From positions 1 to 39,744 of the forward strand of contig JBDRIT010000013.1 of the NCBI GenBank assembly GCA_043815665.1: a DNA stretch of 39,744 nucleotides, in the 5' to 3' direction. Positions within the stretch are counted from its first letter, which is position 1; each line of letters starts with the position of its first letter. The notes beneath the pieces were generated by a model. It had not been told where the DNA came from, made no database searches, and saw only the letters and a list, made by a program, of their open reading frames with translations. Made by a program: the position numbers and the translations under genes. This DNA is from Pseudomonadota bacterium (GTDB lineage: Bacteria > Myxococcota_A > UBA9042 > CAIXZC01). This document shows positions 9,112 to 18,192 of this stretch, in pieces.

Positions 9112-10022
9112 GACCTCCTCGCCCGCCGCCGGAACAGGCGCAGCATGGGGCCCATGTAGTCCTGGTCCGTGCGGATGGTCTCGAAGTCCAGGCCCTGGGC
9201 CCGGAAGAGATCGGTGAGGCGCTGATCCGCCTGGGCCGCGGCCGCGCTGTACCGCTTCCGGACACCCTTGCTGGAAAAATCCACCAGGCGCAGCGCGCCG
9301 GTCTCAGGGTCGGCCACGGTGACGAGGCCCGCGGGGGGCAGCGCGAGGTCCGCAGGGTCCCGCGCGACCAGGGGCACCAGATCATGGCGCTGCTTCGCGA
9401 TGGCCAGGGATCTCCGGAGCCCCTCGAACTCCGCCGGCGACTTGATGAAGAAATCGGAGAGCAGGAACGCGACGGAGGTCTTCTTCGTCACACCCACCAA
9501 CGTCCGGAGCGCCTCCGAGACGCCCCCGGGGGCCGCCCCGGGCCGCGCCGGCTCGAAGCGCAGGATGTCCATGATCACCCGCATGACGTGCAGGCGTCCC
9601 TTCCGGGGAGGCACGATGTGCTCGACCTTGTCCGTGAAGATGATCAGGCCCACCCGGTCGTTGTTCTTGATCGCGCTGAACGCGAGGAGCGCGCCCACCT
9701 CGGCCTGGAGCTCCTGCCGGGTCATGCCCCGGGTGCCGAAGCAAGCGGATCGGGACGCGTCCACCAGGAGGAAGACGGTGAGCTCGCGCTCCTCCACGAA
9801 GAGCTTCACGTGGAGGTCGCCGGTGCGGGCGGAGACGTTCCAGTCGACCTGGCGGATGTCGTCCCCCGCCTGGTAGGGCCGCACCTCTTCGAAGCTCATA
9901 CCGCGGCCCTTGAACACCGATCGGTACTGCCCCGCCATCTGGTCCGTGGCCAGCCGCGACGTGGCGATCTCGATGTGGCGCAGCTTCTTGCGAAGCGCGA
10001 CGTGGTTCCGATCGTTCTTCAT
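9108..10022 (-). CDS. DUF58 family protein (VWA-like, MoxR partner)
   Basis: 304 aa. The motif QVDWNVSARTGDLHVKLF ... LLVDASRS is characteristic of DUF58. It sits directly downstream of moxR, with a 4 nt overlap to the next gene. Confidence 0.7.
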   Translation of the reverse strand: MKNDRNHVALRKKLRHIEIATSRLATDQMAGQYRSVFKGRGMSFEEVRPYQAGDDIRQVDWNVSARTGDLHVKLFVEERELTVFLLVDASRSACFGTRGMTRQELQAEVGALLAFSAIKNNDRVGLIIFTDKVEHIVPPRKGRLHVMRVIMDILRFEPARPGAAPGGVSEALRTLVGVTKKTSVAFLLSDFFIKSPAEFEGLRRSLAIAKQRHDLVPLVARDPADLALPPAGLVTVADPETGALRLVDFSSKGVRKRYSAAAAQADQRLTDLFRAQGLDFETIRTDQDYMGPMLRLFRRRARRS

Positions 10023-10034
10023 GGCTCGGCTCCG

Positions 10035-11024
10035 CTACGGGACCTCGACCTCGTCGAGGATCTGGCGGATGACGCTCTCGGGGGCCAGCTCCTCGGCCTC
10101 GGCCTCGTAGGTCAGCACCACCCGGTGACGCAGGACCTCCATGGCGACCTCCTTCACGTCCTCGGGGATCACGTAGCCCCGGTGCCGCAGGAAGGCCTGG
10201 GCCCTGGACGCGTTCAAGAGGAAGAGGGACGCGCGGGGGGACGCGCCGAAGGAGATGAAGTCCTTCAGCCGCGCGAGGCCGTGGGCCGCTGGCTCCCGGG
10301 TCGCGAAGACGATGTCCAGGATGTAGCTCTTGATCTTGTCGTCCACGTAGACCTGGTGGAGCACCTCCCGCGCCTTCAGGATCTCCTCGGGCTTGATCAC
10401 CGGGCGGGCCGAGGGGATCACGAGGGCCGTCATGCGCTCCATGATCAGCCGCTCCTCGTCCCGATCCGGGTAGCCCACCACGATCTTGAGCATGAACCGG
10501 TCCACCTGGGCCTCGGGCAGGGGGTAGGTCCCCTCCTGTTCGATGGGGTTCTGGGTGGCCAGGACCAGGAAGAGCGGGTCCAGCTTGTAGGTGGCGTCCC
10601 CGATGGTGACCTGCTTCTCCTGCATGGCCTCGAGGAGCGCGCTCTGGACCTTGGCCGGCGCCCGGTTGATCTCGTCAGCGAGGACGATGTTCGAGAAGAT
10701 CGGGCCCTTGTGCGGGGTGAACTCGCCGGTCTTCTGGCTGTAGACCATGGTCCCCAGGATGTCCGCGGGGAGGAGGTCCGGCGTGAACTGGATCCGCTGG
10801 AACTTCGTCTCGATCACGTCCGCGAGGGTCTGCACGGTGAGGGTCTTGGCCAGACCCGGAACGCCCTCCAGGAGGATGTGTCCGCCGGTGAGCAGCCCGA
10901 TGAGCAGCCCCTCCAGCATCCGCTTCTGGCCCACCACCACCCGGCCCAGCTCCTCCAGGAGCGGGTCCACGAACGCGCTCTCTTTGCGCACGATGTCGTT
11001 GATGTACCGAATGTCGCCTTCCAT
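10035..11024 (-). CDS. moxR: MoxR-family AAA+ ATPase
   Basis: 329 aa with Walker A (GVPGLAKT) and Walker B (LADEINRAPAKVQSALLEAMQE). The C-terminal region is typical of MoxR. A GGAGGGAGG RBS precedes the ATG. Confidence 0.9.
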   Translation of the reverse strand: MEGDIRYINDIVRKESAFVDPLLEELGRVVVGQKRMLEGLLIGLLTGGHILLEGVPGLAKTLTVQTLADVIETKFQRIQFTPDLLPADILGTMVYSQKTGEFTPHKGPIFSNIVLADEINRAPAKVQSALLEAMQEKQVTIGDATYKLDPLFLVLATQNPIEQEGTYPLPEAQVDRFMLKIVVGYPDRDEERLIMERMTALVIPSARPVIKPEEILKAREVLHQVYVDDKIKSYILDIVFATREPAAHGLARLKDFISFGASPRASLFLLNASRAQAFLRHRGYVIPEDVKEVAMEVLRHRVVLTYEAEAEELAPESVIRQILDEVEVP

Positions 11025-11243
11025 GGGATCCTCCCTCCACCAGCAGTCAACGTCGCAATCAACGCCAAGGGTTCCGGATTATTCCTGAAACCGCTTGACT
11101 TGCAACCCCCTGCTCTGGAATGAATAGCCCCACGCGGATCGGACACCTCCGATCGCTGCGGGGTGGGTGGGAGCGATCGTCGTCCGGACATTGTTCGGGC
11201 CGTTGCTCACTGTCCGGCCCGGGCCCTGCGCAGGAGGTGTCAC

Positions 11244-12773
11244 ATGTCCCTCGTCATCACCGGAGAGAACCTCACCATCAACGACGTCGCGGCCGTCGCG
11301 CGGCGTCGCGAGTCCGTCTCCCTCCACCCCGACGCCGAGGCCCGCATCGTGAGGTGTCGGAGCTTCATCGAGGAGCGCATCGCGGCCGGGGAGATCATGT
11401 ACGGGGTGAACACGGGGATCGGCGAGTTCTCCGAGGTGGTCCTCACCGACGCGCAGACGGCCCAGTTCCAGAAGTGGCTGATCTACAACCACGCAGCGGG
11501 GATCGGTGAGCCCTGCCCCGAGGACTGGGTCCGGGGTGCGATGCTGGGCCGGATCAACGTCCACGCCCATGGGCACTCGGGCTGCCGCCCGGTGATCACC
11601 CGGACCCTGGTGGAGATGCTCAACAAGGGCGTCACCCCGGTGGTTTGTAAAAAAGGCTCCGTGGGCGCGTGCGGGGATCTTGCCCCCATGAGCCAGGTCG
11701 CGCTCGCGGTGATCGGCGAGCACGAGGTTTTTTACAAGGGCGAGCGCATGCCCGCCCGGCGGGGCCTCGAGGAGGCGGGCATCACCCCCGCCACCCTGCA
11801 GGCCCGGGACGGCCTCGCGATCATCAACGGGTCGAACCTCCTCACCGCGATCGGCGCGCTCTTCCTCTACGACGCGGAGCGGTGGCTCCAGCAGGCGGAG
11901 ATCGCCGCGGCCATGACCCTGGAGGCCCTCCTGGCCAACATGAAGCCCTACGACCCGCGGCTCCACCGGCTGCGGGGCTTCCCCGGCGCGGTGACCTCCG
12001 CGGAGAACCTCCAGAAGATCCTGGCCGGCTCGGATCTCGTCGAGGGCCGCCTGAAGACCCGGGTCCAGGACGCGTACTCCATGCGGTCCACGCCCCAGGT
12101 CATCGGCGCCGCGCGGGATCAGCTGCGCTGGGCCCGGGAGCAGGTGGAGATCGAGCTGAACGGGGTCGGGGACAACCCCCTGTTCCTGCCCGAGGACGAT
12201 GTGGTCCTGACGGGTGCAAACTTCCAGGGCACCCCGGTGAGCATGCCCGTGGACACCGCGGGGGCCGCGGTGACCATGATCTCGATCCTCTCGGAGCGGC
12301 GCCTGAACCGCCTCCTCAATCCGGCCCTCTCCGTGGGCCTGCCGCCCTTCCTGACCAAGGGCGCGGGGATGATGTCCGGCCACATGCTCTCTCAGTACAC
12401 CGCGGACATGATGATCGTGGAGCAGCGGATCCTCTCGGCGCCGGCCTTCATCCAGTCGATCCCTGCGGCTGCGGACCAGGAAGACTTCGTGTCCATGGGC
12501 ATGAACTCCTCCCTGAAGTCCATGCAGATCCTCGAGAACGCCTGGGGCGTCCTGGGCATCGAGTTCATCGCCGCCGCCCAGGCCCTGGACTTCCGGGACC
12601 ACGGCTTCGGCCGCGGCGTCGCCGCGGCCCGGGCCGCGGTCCGGGAGCACGTGCCCTTCCTCGATGACGACCGCCCCCTCTTCAACGATCACAACGCCAT
12701 GATGCAGGCCGTGAAGGACTTCGATGTCCTGACGGCTGTGGAATCGGAGATCGGTGAGCTGACGCTCTACTGA
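11244..12773 (+). CDS. MIO-dependent aromatic amino-acid ammonia-lyase family protein (HAL/PAL/TAL-like) with an Ala-Cys-Gly MIO tripeptide
   Basis: The ORF 11163-12773 is trimmed to the internal ATG at 11244, which is preceded by an AGGAGG RBS at 11233-11238; this gives 509 aa. Family signatures are YGVNTGIGEF, NHAAGIG, KGSVGACGDLAPMS (the canonical form is GSVGASGDLAP), NGVGDNPLF and AADQEDFVSMG. Confidence 0.85.
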   Translation: MSLVITGENLTINDVAAVARRRESVSLHPDAEARIVRCRSFIEERIAAGEIMYGVNTGIGEFSEVVLTDAQTAQFQKWLIYNHAAGIGEPCPEDWVRGAMLGRINVHAHGHSGCRPVITRTLVEMLNKGVTPVVCKKGSVGACGDLAPMSQVALAVIGEHEVFYKGERMPARRGLEEAGITPATLQARDGLAIINGSNLLTAIGALFLYDAERWLQQAEIAAAMTLEALLANMKPYDPRLHRLRGFPGAVTSAENLQKILAGSDLVEGRLKTRVQDAYSMRSTPQVIGAARDQLRWAREQVEIELNGVGDNPLFLPEDDVVLTGANFQGTPVSMPVDTAGAAVTMISILSERRLNRLLNPALSVGLPPFLTKGAGMMSGHMLSQYTADMMIVEQRILSAPAFIQSIPAAADQEDFVSMGMNSSLKSMQILENAWGVLGIEFIAAAQALDFRDHGFGRGVAAARAAVREHVPFLDDDRPLFNDHNAMMQAVKDFDVLTAVESEIGELTLY

Positions 12774-12779
12774 CAGCCC

Positions 12780-14358
12780 TCAGACCAGCGCGTTCAGCCC
12801 GTCCACGAAGGTCTCCTCGGACACGTCCTCCAGGATCTCCACCTTGCCGGGGCGGATGGGGGATCACGAGGCGGATCCGCTCGCCGACGCGCTTCTTGTC
12901 CAGACGGACCCGGTCCATGAAGGCGTCCGGCGCCGGCGCGGGGTAGGTGGTGGGCAGGCCCAGGTGGGTGAGGGCCGCGCGGATCCGGCCCTCCAGGCCG
13001 GGCTCGGTGTGGCCCAGGGCCTGGCCGATGCGGGCCGCGGCGAGGAGGCCCAGGCCAACGGCCTGTCCGTGGGTGAGCGCCGGATCCAGGGCTTCCAGCG
13101 CATGGGCCGTGGTGTGGCCCAGGTTGAGCACCTGGCGGAGCCCCAGCTCCCGGGGATCCTCGCTGACCACCCTGGCCTTGACCCGGGCACAGCGACGGAT
13201 CAGCTCCGCGGCGCCCTCTTCCCGCCATGTCCGCGTGGATTCCTCTGCGAGCTTGGTAAACAGTTCGTCGTCGCCGATCAGGGCGGTCTTGAGGGCCTCG
13301 GAGAACGCATCGGAGAAGGCCGACTCGGGGAGGGTGGCGAGGACGTCCGGGTCGGCCAGCACCCCCCGGGGGCTGTAGAAGGTCCCCGCCAGGTTCCGGG
13401 CACGGCGGTGGTCCACCGCGGTCTTCCCGCCGATGGCCGCATCGATCATGGCCAGCAGGGTCGTGGGGATGAGCACCGTGCGGAGGCCCCGCATGTAGAC
13501 CGAGGCGACGAAGCTCCCCAGGTCCAGGGTCGCGCCGCCGCCCACCACGAGGATCCCGTGGTCCCGGGCCGCACCCGCAGCAGCGAGGCCGTCCAGGAGC
13601 CGCCCCGCCCCCTCCCAGGATTTCTCATCCGGGGAGACGAGGTGGATCCGGGGGAGCTTGCCCGCGTTGGCCAGGGACGCGGTGAGGGCCGGCCCCATGT
13701 GTTGCCAGGGGGCGCGGTCCGCGATCACGTGGACCTTGTCCACCCCCTCGAGCCAGGCGGTGTACACCCCCGTGTCCACGAGGAGGCCTCGGCGGATCAC
13801 GATGGGGCAGGGCGGCGCGCCGGGGATCCGCACGGTCACCGGCTCCAGCCCCAGGAGCCGGGCCAGCGCGTCCGCCGCGCCGTCCGAGGTGAGTGTGCTG
13901 GTGTCCAGGCGCAGCGCGAAGCTCTCGTAGACCGGGGCGCGGGCGCTGAGGATCTGGCGGATCTTCGCCTCCCGATCCGGCGCCCCCTCCAGGAGCGGCC
14001 GGTCCTGACCGGTGAGACGGGTTGCGAGGATCTCCGGGGGGGCGTGGAGGCAGATCACGGTGCCCCCGCGGGCCGCGGCCTCCCGCGCCGGCTCCTTGAG
14101 CAACGCGCCGCCTCCCGTCGCGACCACGAGACCCCGGGGAACGGCGAGATCCTGGATCACCTCCGCCTCCAGGGCGCGGAACGCGGCCCATCCCTCCTCC
14201 CGGATCAGCGCCAGGGCCGTCCGGTGCGCGCGGCGCTCGATCTCGTCGTCGGTGTCCATGAAGCTCCGCCCCAGGAGGCGGGCCAAGGCCCGCCCGGCGG
14301 CGGACTTTCCGGTGCCCATCATGCCCGTGAGGATGATGTTCGGGAGGGGGGCGCTCAC
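12780..14358 (-). CDS. aroKB: Bifunctional shikimate kinase / 3-dehydroquinate synthase (AroK-AroB fusion); apparent frameshift at the G5 run 12858-12862
   Basis: N-terminus has a P-loop GMMGTGKS (shikimate kinase). The AroB domain follows (GGGATLDLGSFVASVY, NLGHTTAHALE, RLDKKRVGERIRLVIP). The annotated ORF, ending at 12682, finishes with low-complexity junk that overlaps the lyase gene. Shifting one base at the G5 run yields a canonical AroB C-terminus, ...IPIRPGKVEILEDVSEETFVDGLNALV, with its stop at 12780-12782. Confidence 0.75.
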
Positions 14359-15484
14359 CGGGTGCGCTCCAGCGCGGCGAGGACCATCTCAAGGGTGTCG
14401 CCGCCGGTGCGCTCCAGGAGCGCGTCCGCCAGGACCAGCGCGACGACGGCCTCGACGACCACGCCCCCCGCGGGCACCGCGCAGATGTCCGCGCGCAGGG
14501 GGTCCGTGGTGGTCTCCTCGCCGGTCTCGAGGTCTACGGAGGGGAGGCCCTCGCCAAGGGTCGGGATCGGCTTGAAGTGGACCCGGAGCACCAGGGGCAT
14601 GCCGTTGGTCATGCCGCCCTCGAGGCCCCCGGCGCGGTTGGTGCGGCGCAGGATCCCCCGGGACCCGCGGAAGATGCCGTCGTGGAGCCGGGAGCCCAGC
14701 TCCATGGCGCCCTCGACCCCGGCGCCGATCTCCATGGCCTTGACGCTGGGGACGCTCATGGCCGCCTGGGCCAGGCGGCCGTCCAGGCGCCGATCCCAGT
14801 GGACGTGGCTGCCCAGACCCACGGGGAGGGGCGCGACCAGGATCTCCGCGACGCCACCCAGGCTGTCCCTGGCGGCCCGGGCCGCCTCGATCTCCCGGAT
14901 CATCCCCGCGGTGGCCACGGGATCGTCGCAGCGGACCTCCGAGGCCTCCGCGGCGTCTGCGATGGCCTGGATCTCCGCGGGGCTGGTCAGGTGCTCCCCG
15001 CTGGTGCTCCCGGAGACCACGGCGCCGATGCGCCGCACCCGGGAGATCACGAAGATCCCCGCCTCGGCCAGGAGCCGCCGGGCCGCGGCCCCCAGCGCGG
15101 TGCGCATCGCGGTCTCCCGGGCGCTGGCCCGCTCCCAGATGGCCCGCACGTCGTTGAGGCCGTACTTCATGGCCCCGGCCAGATCCGCGTGGCCCGGTCG
15201 GGGGATCCGGATGGGCGGCAGCAGATCCAGTGCGTCGGCCTCCCCCGGGTTGCGCAGGCGGATGCCCAGGGGCGCCCCCGTGGTTCGGCCCTGGTGGAGC
15301 CCGCCCCAGATCTCGGCGTTGTCCCGGTGGCGCTGCCGGTTGCTGCGCCCGAAGCCCCGCTGTCGCCGGTCCAGGTCGCGGTCCACGTCGTCGAGGGTCA
15401 GGGGGAGCCCCGCGGGCAGGCCCTCCAGGATGCCCAGGAGCCCTGGGCCGTGGGAATCACCGGCGGTGTAGTATCGGAGTATCA
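14355..15484 (-). CDS. aroC: Chorismate synthase
   Basis: The start is set at MILRYYTAGDSHGPG (ATG complement at 15482-15484, with an AGGAGG RBS 7 nt upstream). Signatures include GxGRSSARETA-like motifs and a conserved C-terminus. The ATGA at 14355-14358 overlaps the aroKB start. Confidence 0.9.
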
Positions 15485-15593
15485 TGAGGTTCCCTCCTGT
15501 GCCACCTTGATTATGGGTCCAAGTGTCTTGATTCTCTACCCCTTCCTGATAGATCATCCTGATTGTTCGCTGAAACGACTCGGGAGTCTGAAC

Positions 15594-18101
15594 ATGCGCC
15601 TTCGAACGTCATTCCTGGCCGCCCTCTTGATCCTCCTTGCAGGCTGTGTGGAGCGCTACAGCTACCAGCACGTCAACGAAGACGCAGTCACTGCCGACAC
15701 CGGCGAGGTCGAGGGCGGCGACGTCTCCGGCGACGCCGCAGACGTCGGCGGTGACGGCGCGTGCGCGCCGGACTGCGCAGGCAGGATCTGCGGCCCTGAC
15801 GGCTGCGGCGGCGCCTGCGGGGACTGCGGCGTGGGCTACACCTGCGACCCGAAGGGGGAGACCTGTGCGGGGGACTGCGAGGCCCTCTGTGACGGCCTCC
15901 AGTGCGGCACCGCGGGGCTGGACGACGAGTGCGGCTGCGGGGACTGCGACGACGACGAGGCCTGCACCGACGACTTCTGCGGCGACGGGACCTGTGTCTA
16001 CGATCCCCTGGACAAGGAGTGCGACGACGGCGACCCCTGCACCATCGGCGACTGGTGCGTGGAGGGCCTCTGCGCGGCGACCGACAAGAACTGCGACGAC
16101 GGCAACCCCTGCACCGGCGACGCCTGCGGCGAGGCCGGGGAGTGCGTCTACACGAACAACACTGTGCCCTGCAACGACGAAGATCCCTGCACGGTGCCCG
16201 ATGTCTGCGCGGACGGGGCGTGCGTCGGGCAGCCGAAGGGCTGCGCCGATGACAACCCCTGCACCAAGGACTCCTGCAGTGATGCCGGGGTCTGCGACCA
16301 TGACCCCGTCGCCATGAACGGGGAGCCCTGCGACGACGGCAACCCCTGCACCGACGACGCGTGCTCCGGCGGGGGCTGTGTCGGCACCCTCAAGCTCCTG
16401 GAGGACCTCGAGGCGCTGGACTGCCTCTGCGCCGAGGACGCTGACTGTACGGATCTCGAGGACGCGGACGTCTGCAACGGCACCCTCGTCTGCGAGAAGG
16501 ACATGCCCGGGGATCCCGAGGGGATCTGCGTCGTCGACGACGGGACGATCCTCACCTGCGCGGACGAGATCGGCTGCACCGTAGACTCCTGCGACCCGGT
16601 GGACGGGTGCACCTTCACCGGTGCTGACGACCTCTGCGCCGACGAGGATCCCTGCACCGACGACCTCTGCGACGTCGTGCTGGGCTGTCAGCACCCCTTC
16701 AACGCCGCGCCCTGTGACGACGGCGACCAGTGCACCGACGGTGACCTCTGTGCGGAGGGCGTCTGCGCGGGGCCCGACGTGACGGACTGTGACGACCAGA
16801 TCGCCTGCACCGCGGACGGTTGCCAGGCAGAGAGCGGCTGCTCCCACGTCCCCGACGACGGGCTCTGCCCCGATTCCGGGGAGTGCCAGGTCGGGGTCTG
16901 CCTCCTCACCGCCGGCTGCAGCCTGGCGGACGCGGACGCCGGGACCCTCTGCGTCGGGGGCTCCTGCAAGGACGGGGCCTGTGTCCTCGTCGGGCAGGAT
17001 CTCTCCTGCGCCGAGATCAATGCCTGCGTCAAGGCCTGCGGGATCGGCGGCTCGGGATGCATGCAGGTGTGCGTCGACGCGGGGACGGTGGAGGGGAAGG
17101 ACCTCTTTGCGGACTTCGCCGCGTGCATGGACATCGCGTGTCCCGCCCCCGTGGAGCCGTCCTGTCCTCCCGTTGCGGAGGCGGGCGCCTGCGCGGCAGA
17201 GGCCGCCGCGTGCGAATCCGGCTGCGCGCCGGACTGCGCCGGCAAGGACTGCGGGGACGACGGCTGCGGGGGGTCCTGCGGGGACTGCGGCGGGAACGCG
17301 GCCCGCTGCCACGAGGGCGCCTGCATGCCTGCGGACATGGTCTGGGTGTCCCCGGGGGTCTTCGGCATGGGCTGCGTCGCGGCCGACACCGAGTGCGAAG
17401 GGGACGAAGACCCCTTCCACGAGGTCACCCTGGACGGCTTCGGCCTCGACGAGACCGAGGTGACCGTGCTGGACTACACGGGCTGCGTCGACGACGGCGG
17501 GGCCTGTGGGACCCCCGGGACCGGCGACAACTGCCTCTGGGCCACGGGGTGGGGGGTCAACAACAACCCGATCAACTGCGTGACCTGGGACATGGCCGAG
17601 GCCTACTGCGCGTGGACCGGGAAGCGCCTGTGCACCGAGGCCGAGTGGGAGAAGGGCGCCCGGGGCACCGACGGGCGGATCTACCCCTGGGGGGCCGCCG
17701 CGCCGACCTGCGCCCTCGCCGTGATCGACGGATGCGTGGGTGGGACCCAGGAGGTCGGCATCCACCCCGGGGGCGCAAGCCCCTATGGCGCCCAGGACAT
17801 GCTGGGCAACGTCTGGGAGTGGACCGCCGACTGGTACGCGGGGGACTACTACTGCAACGGGGACGGGGCCACGTGCACGGAGCTCTGCAGCGACTGCGCC
17901 GATCAGCCGGCCTTCGATGATCCCTGGGTCGATCCCGAGGGGCCCGCCGCGGGGAGCCTCCGGGTCACTCGCGGGGCCGCATTCTCCCACACGGATGTGC
18001 CCGGTGGCCTCGGCCTCAACACCCGGAATTCCCGCCGCCTGGGTCGGACCCCGACGGACAACTTCCCCACCGTCGGCTTCCGCTGCTGCTGGTCTCCGTA
18101 G
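15594..18101 (+). CDS. Lipoprotein with about 20 Dictyostelium-type CTDC cysteine-rich repeats and a C-terminal FGE/SUMF1-like domain
   Basis: The start is taken at the ATG at 15594 (MRLRTSFLAALLILLAGC, lipobox LAGC). The long upstream part of ORF 14577-18101 is the antisense shadow of aroC. Repeats have the form CxDGNPCTxDxC (for example DGNPCTGDACGEAGEC, DEDPCTVPDVC, DDNPCTKDSC). The C-terminal roughly 280 aa shows the FGE-sulfatase fold signature (WVSPGVFGMG...GNVWEWTADWY...RVTRGAAF...GFRCC). Confidence 0.75.
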   Translation: MRLRTSFLAALLILLAGCVERYSYQHVNEDAVTADTGEVEGGDVSGDAADVGGDGACAPDCAGRICGPDGCGGACGDCGVGYTCDPKGETCAGDCEALCDGLQCGTAGLDDECGCGDCDDDEACTDDFCGDGTCVYDPLDKECDDGDPCTIGDWCVEGLCAATDKNCDDGNPCTGDACGEAGECVYTNNTVPCNDEDPCTVPDVCADGACVGQPKGCADDNPCTKDSCSDAGVCDHDPVAMNGEPCDDGNPCTDDACSGGGCVGTLKLLEDLEALDCLCAEDADCTDLEDADVCNGTLVCEKDMPGDPEGICVVDDGTILTCADEIGCTVDSCDPVDGCTFTGADDLCADEDPCTDDLCDVVLGCQHPFNAAPCDDGDQCTDGDLCAEGVCAGPDVTDCDDQIACTADGCQAESGCSHVPDDGLCPDSGECQVGVCLLTAGCSLADADAGTLCVGGSCKDGACVLVGQDLSCAEINACVKACGIGGSGCMQVCVDAGTVEGKDLFADFAACMDIACPAPVEPSCPPVAEAGACAAEAAACESGCAPDCAGKDCGDDGCGGSCGDCGGNAARCHEGACMPADMVWVSPGVFGMGCVAADTECEGDEDPFHEVTLDGFGLDETEVTVLDYTGCVDDGGACGTPGTGDNCLWATGWGVNNNPINCVTWDMAEAYCAWTGKRLCTEAEWEKGARGTDGRIYPWGAAAPTCALAVIDGCVGGTQEVGIHPGGASPYGAQDMLGNVWEWTADWYAGDYYCNGDGATCTELCSDCADQPAFDDPWVDPEGPAAGSLRVTRGAAFSHTDVPGGLGLNTRNSRRLGRTPTDNFPTVGFRCCWSP

Positions 18102-18190
18102 CCTCCGACAGGTGGAGGTCTTTCTGTGGGAGGCCCGTCCACGGGCCGAATCGGGGCGTGGACGCCCCTCCCACAGTCGAGTGGCCAACC
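18102..18190. repeat. REP-like imperfect palindrome (long GC hairpin) between convergent genes; likely a bidirectional terminator
   Basis: CTGTGGGAGG-cc-CGTCCACG-ggccgaatcgggg-CGTGGACG-cc-CCTCCCACAG at 18124-18176, plus a small hairpin CCTCC-gacaggt-GGAGG at 18103-18119. One arm is repeated at 25941-25968. Confidence 0.6.
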
Positions 18191-18192
18191 GG

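Noticed and set aside
11025-11243. Defined divergent promoter between moxR and the ammonia-lyase gene (TTGACT at about 11096, near-palindrome TTCCGGATTATTCCTGAA)
   Set aside because: The -10 candidates are weak or ambiguous and the palindrome is imperfect. The region is probably regulatory, but no specific site could be supported.
14577-15593. N-terminal 339 aa extension of the CTDC lipoprotein ORF
   Set aside because: The extension is antisense to aroC and low-complexity. The real start is the ATG at 15594, which gives a lipoprotein signal peptide.
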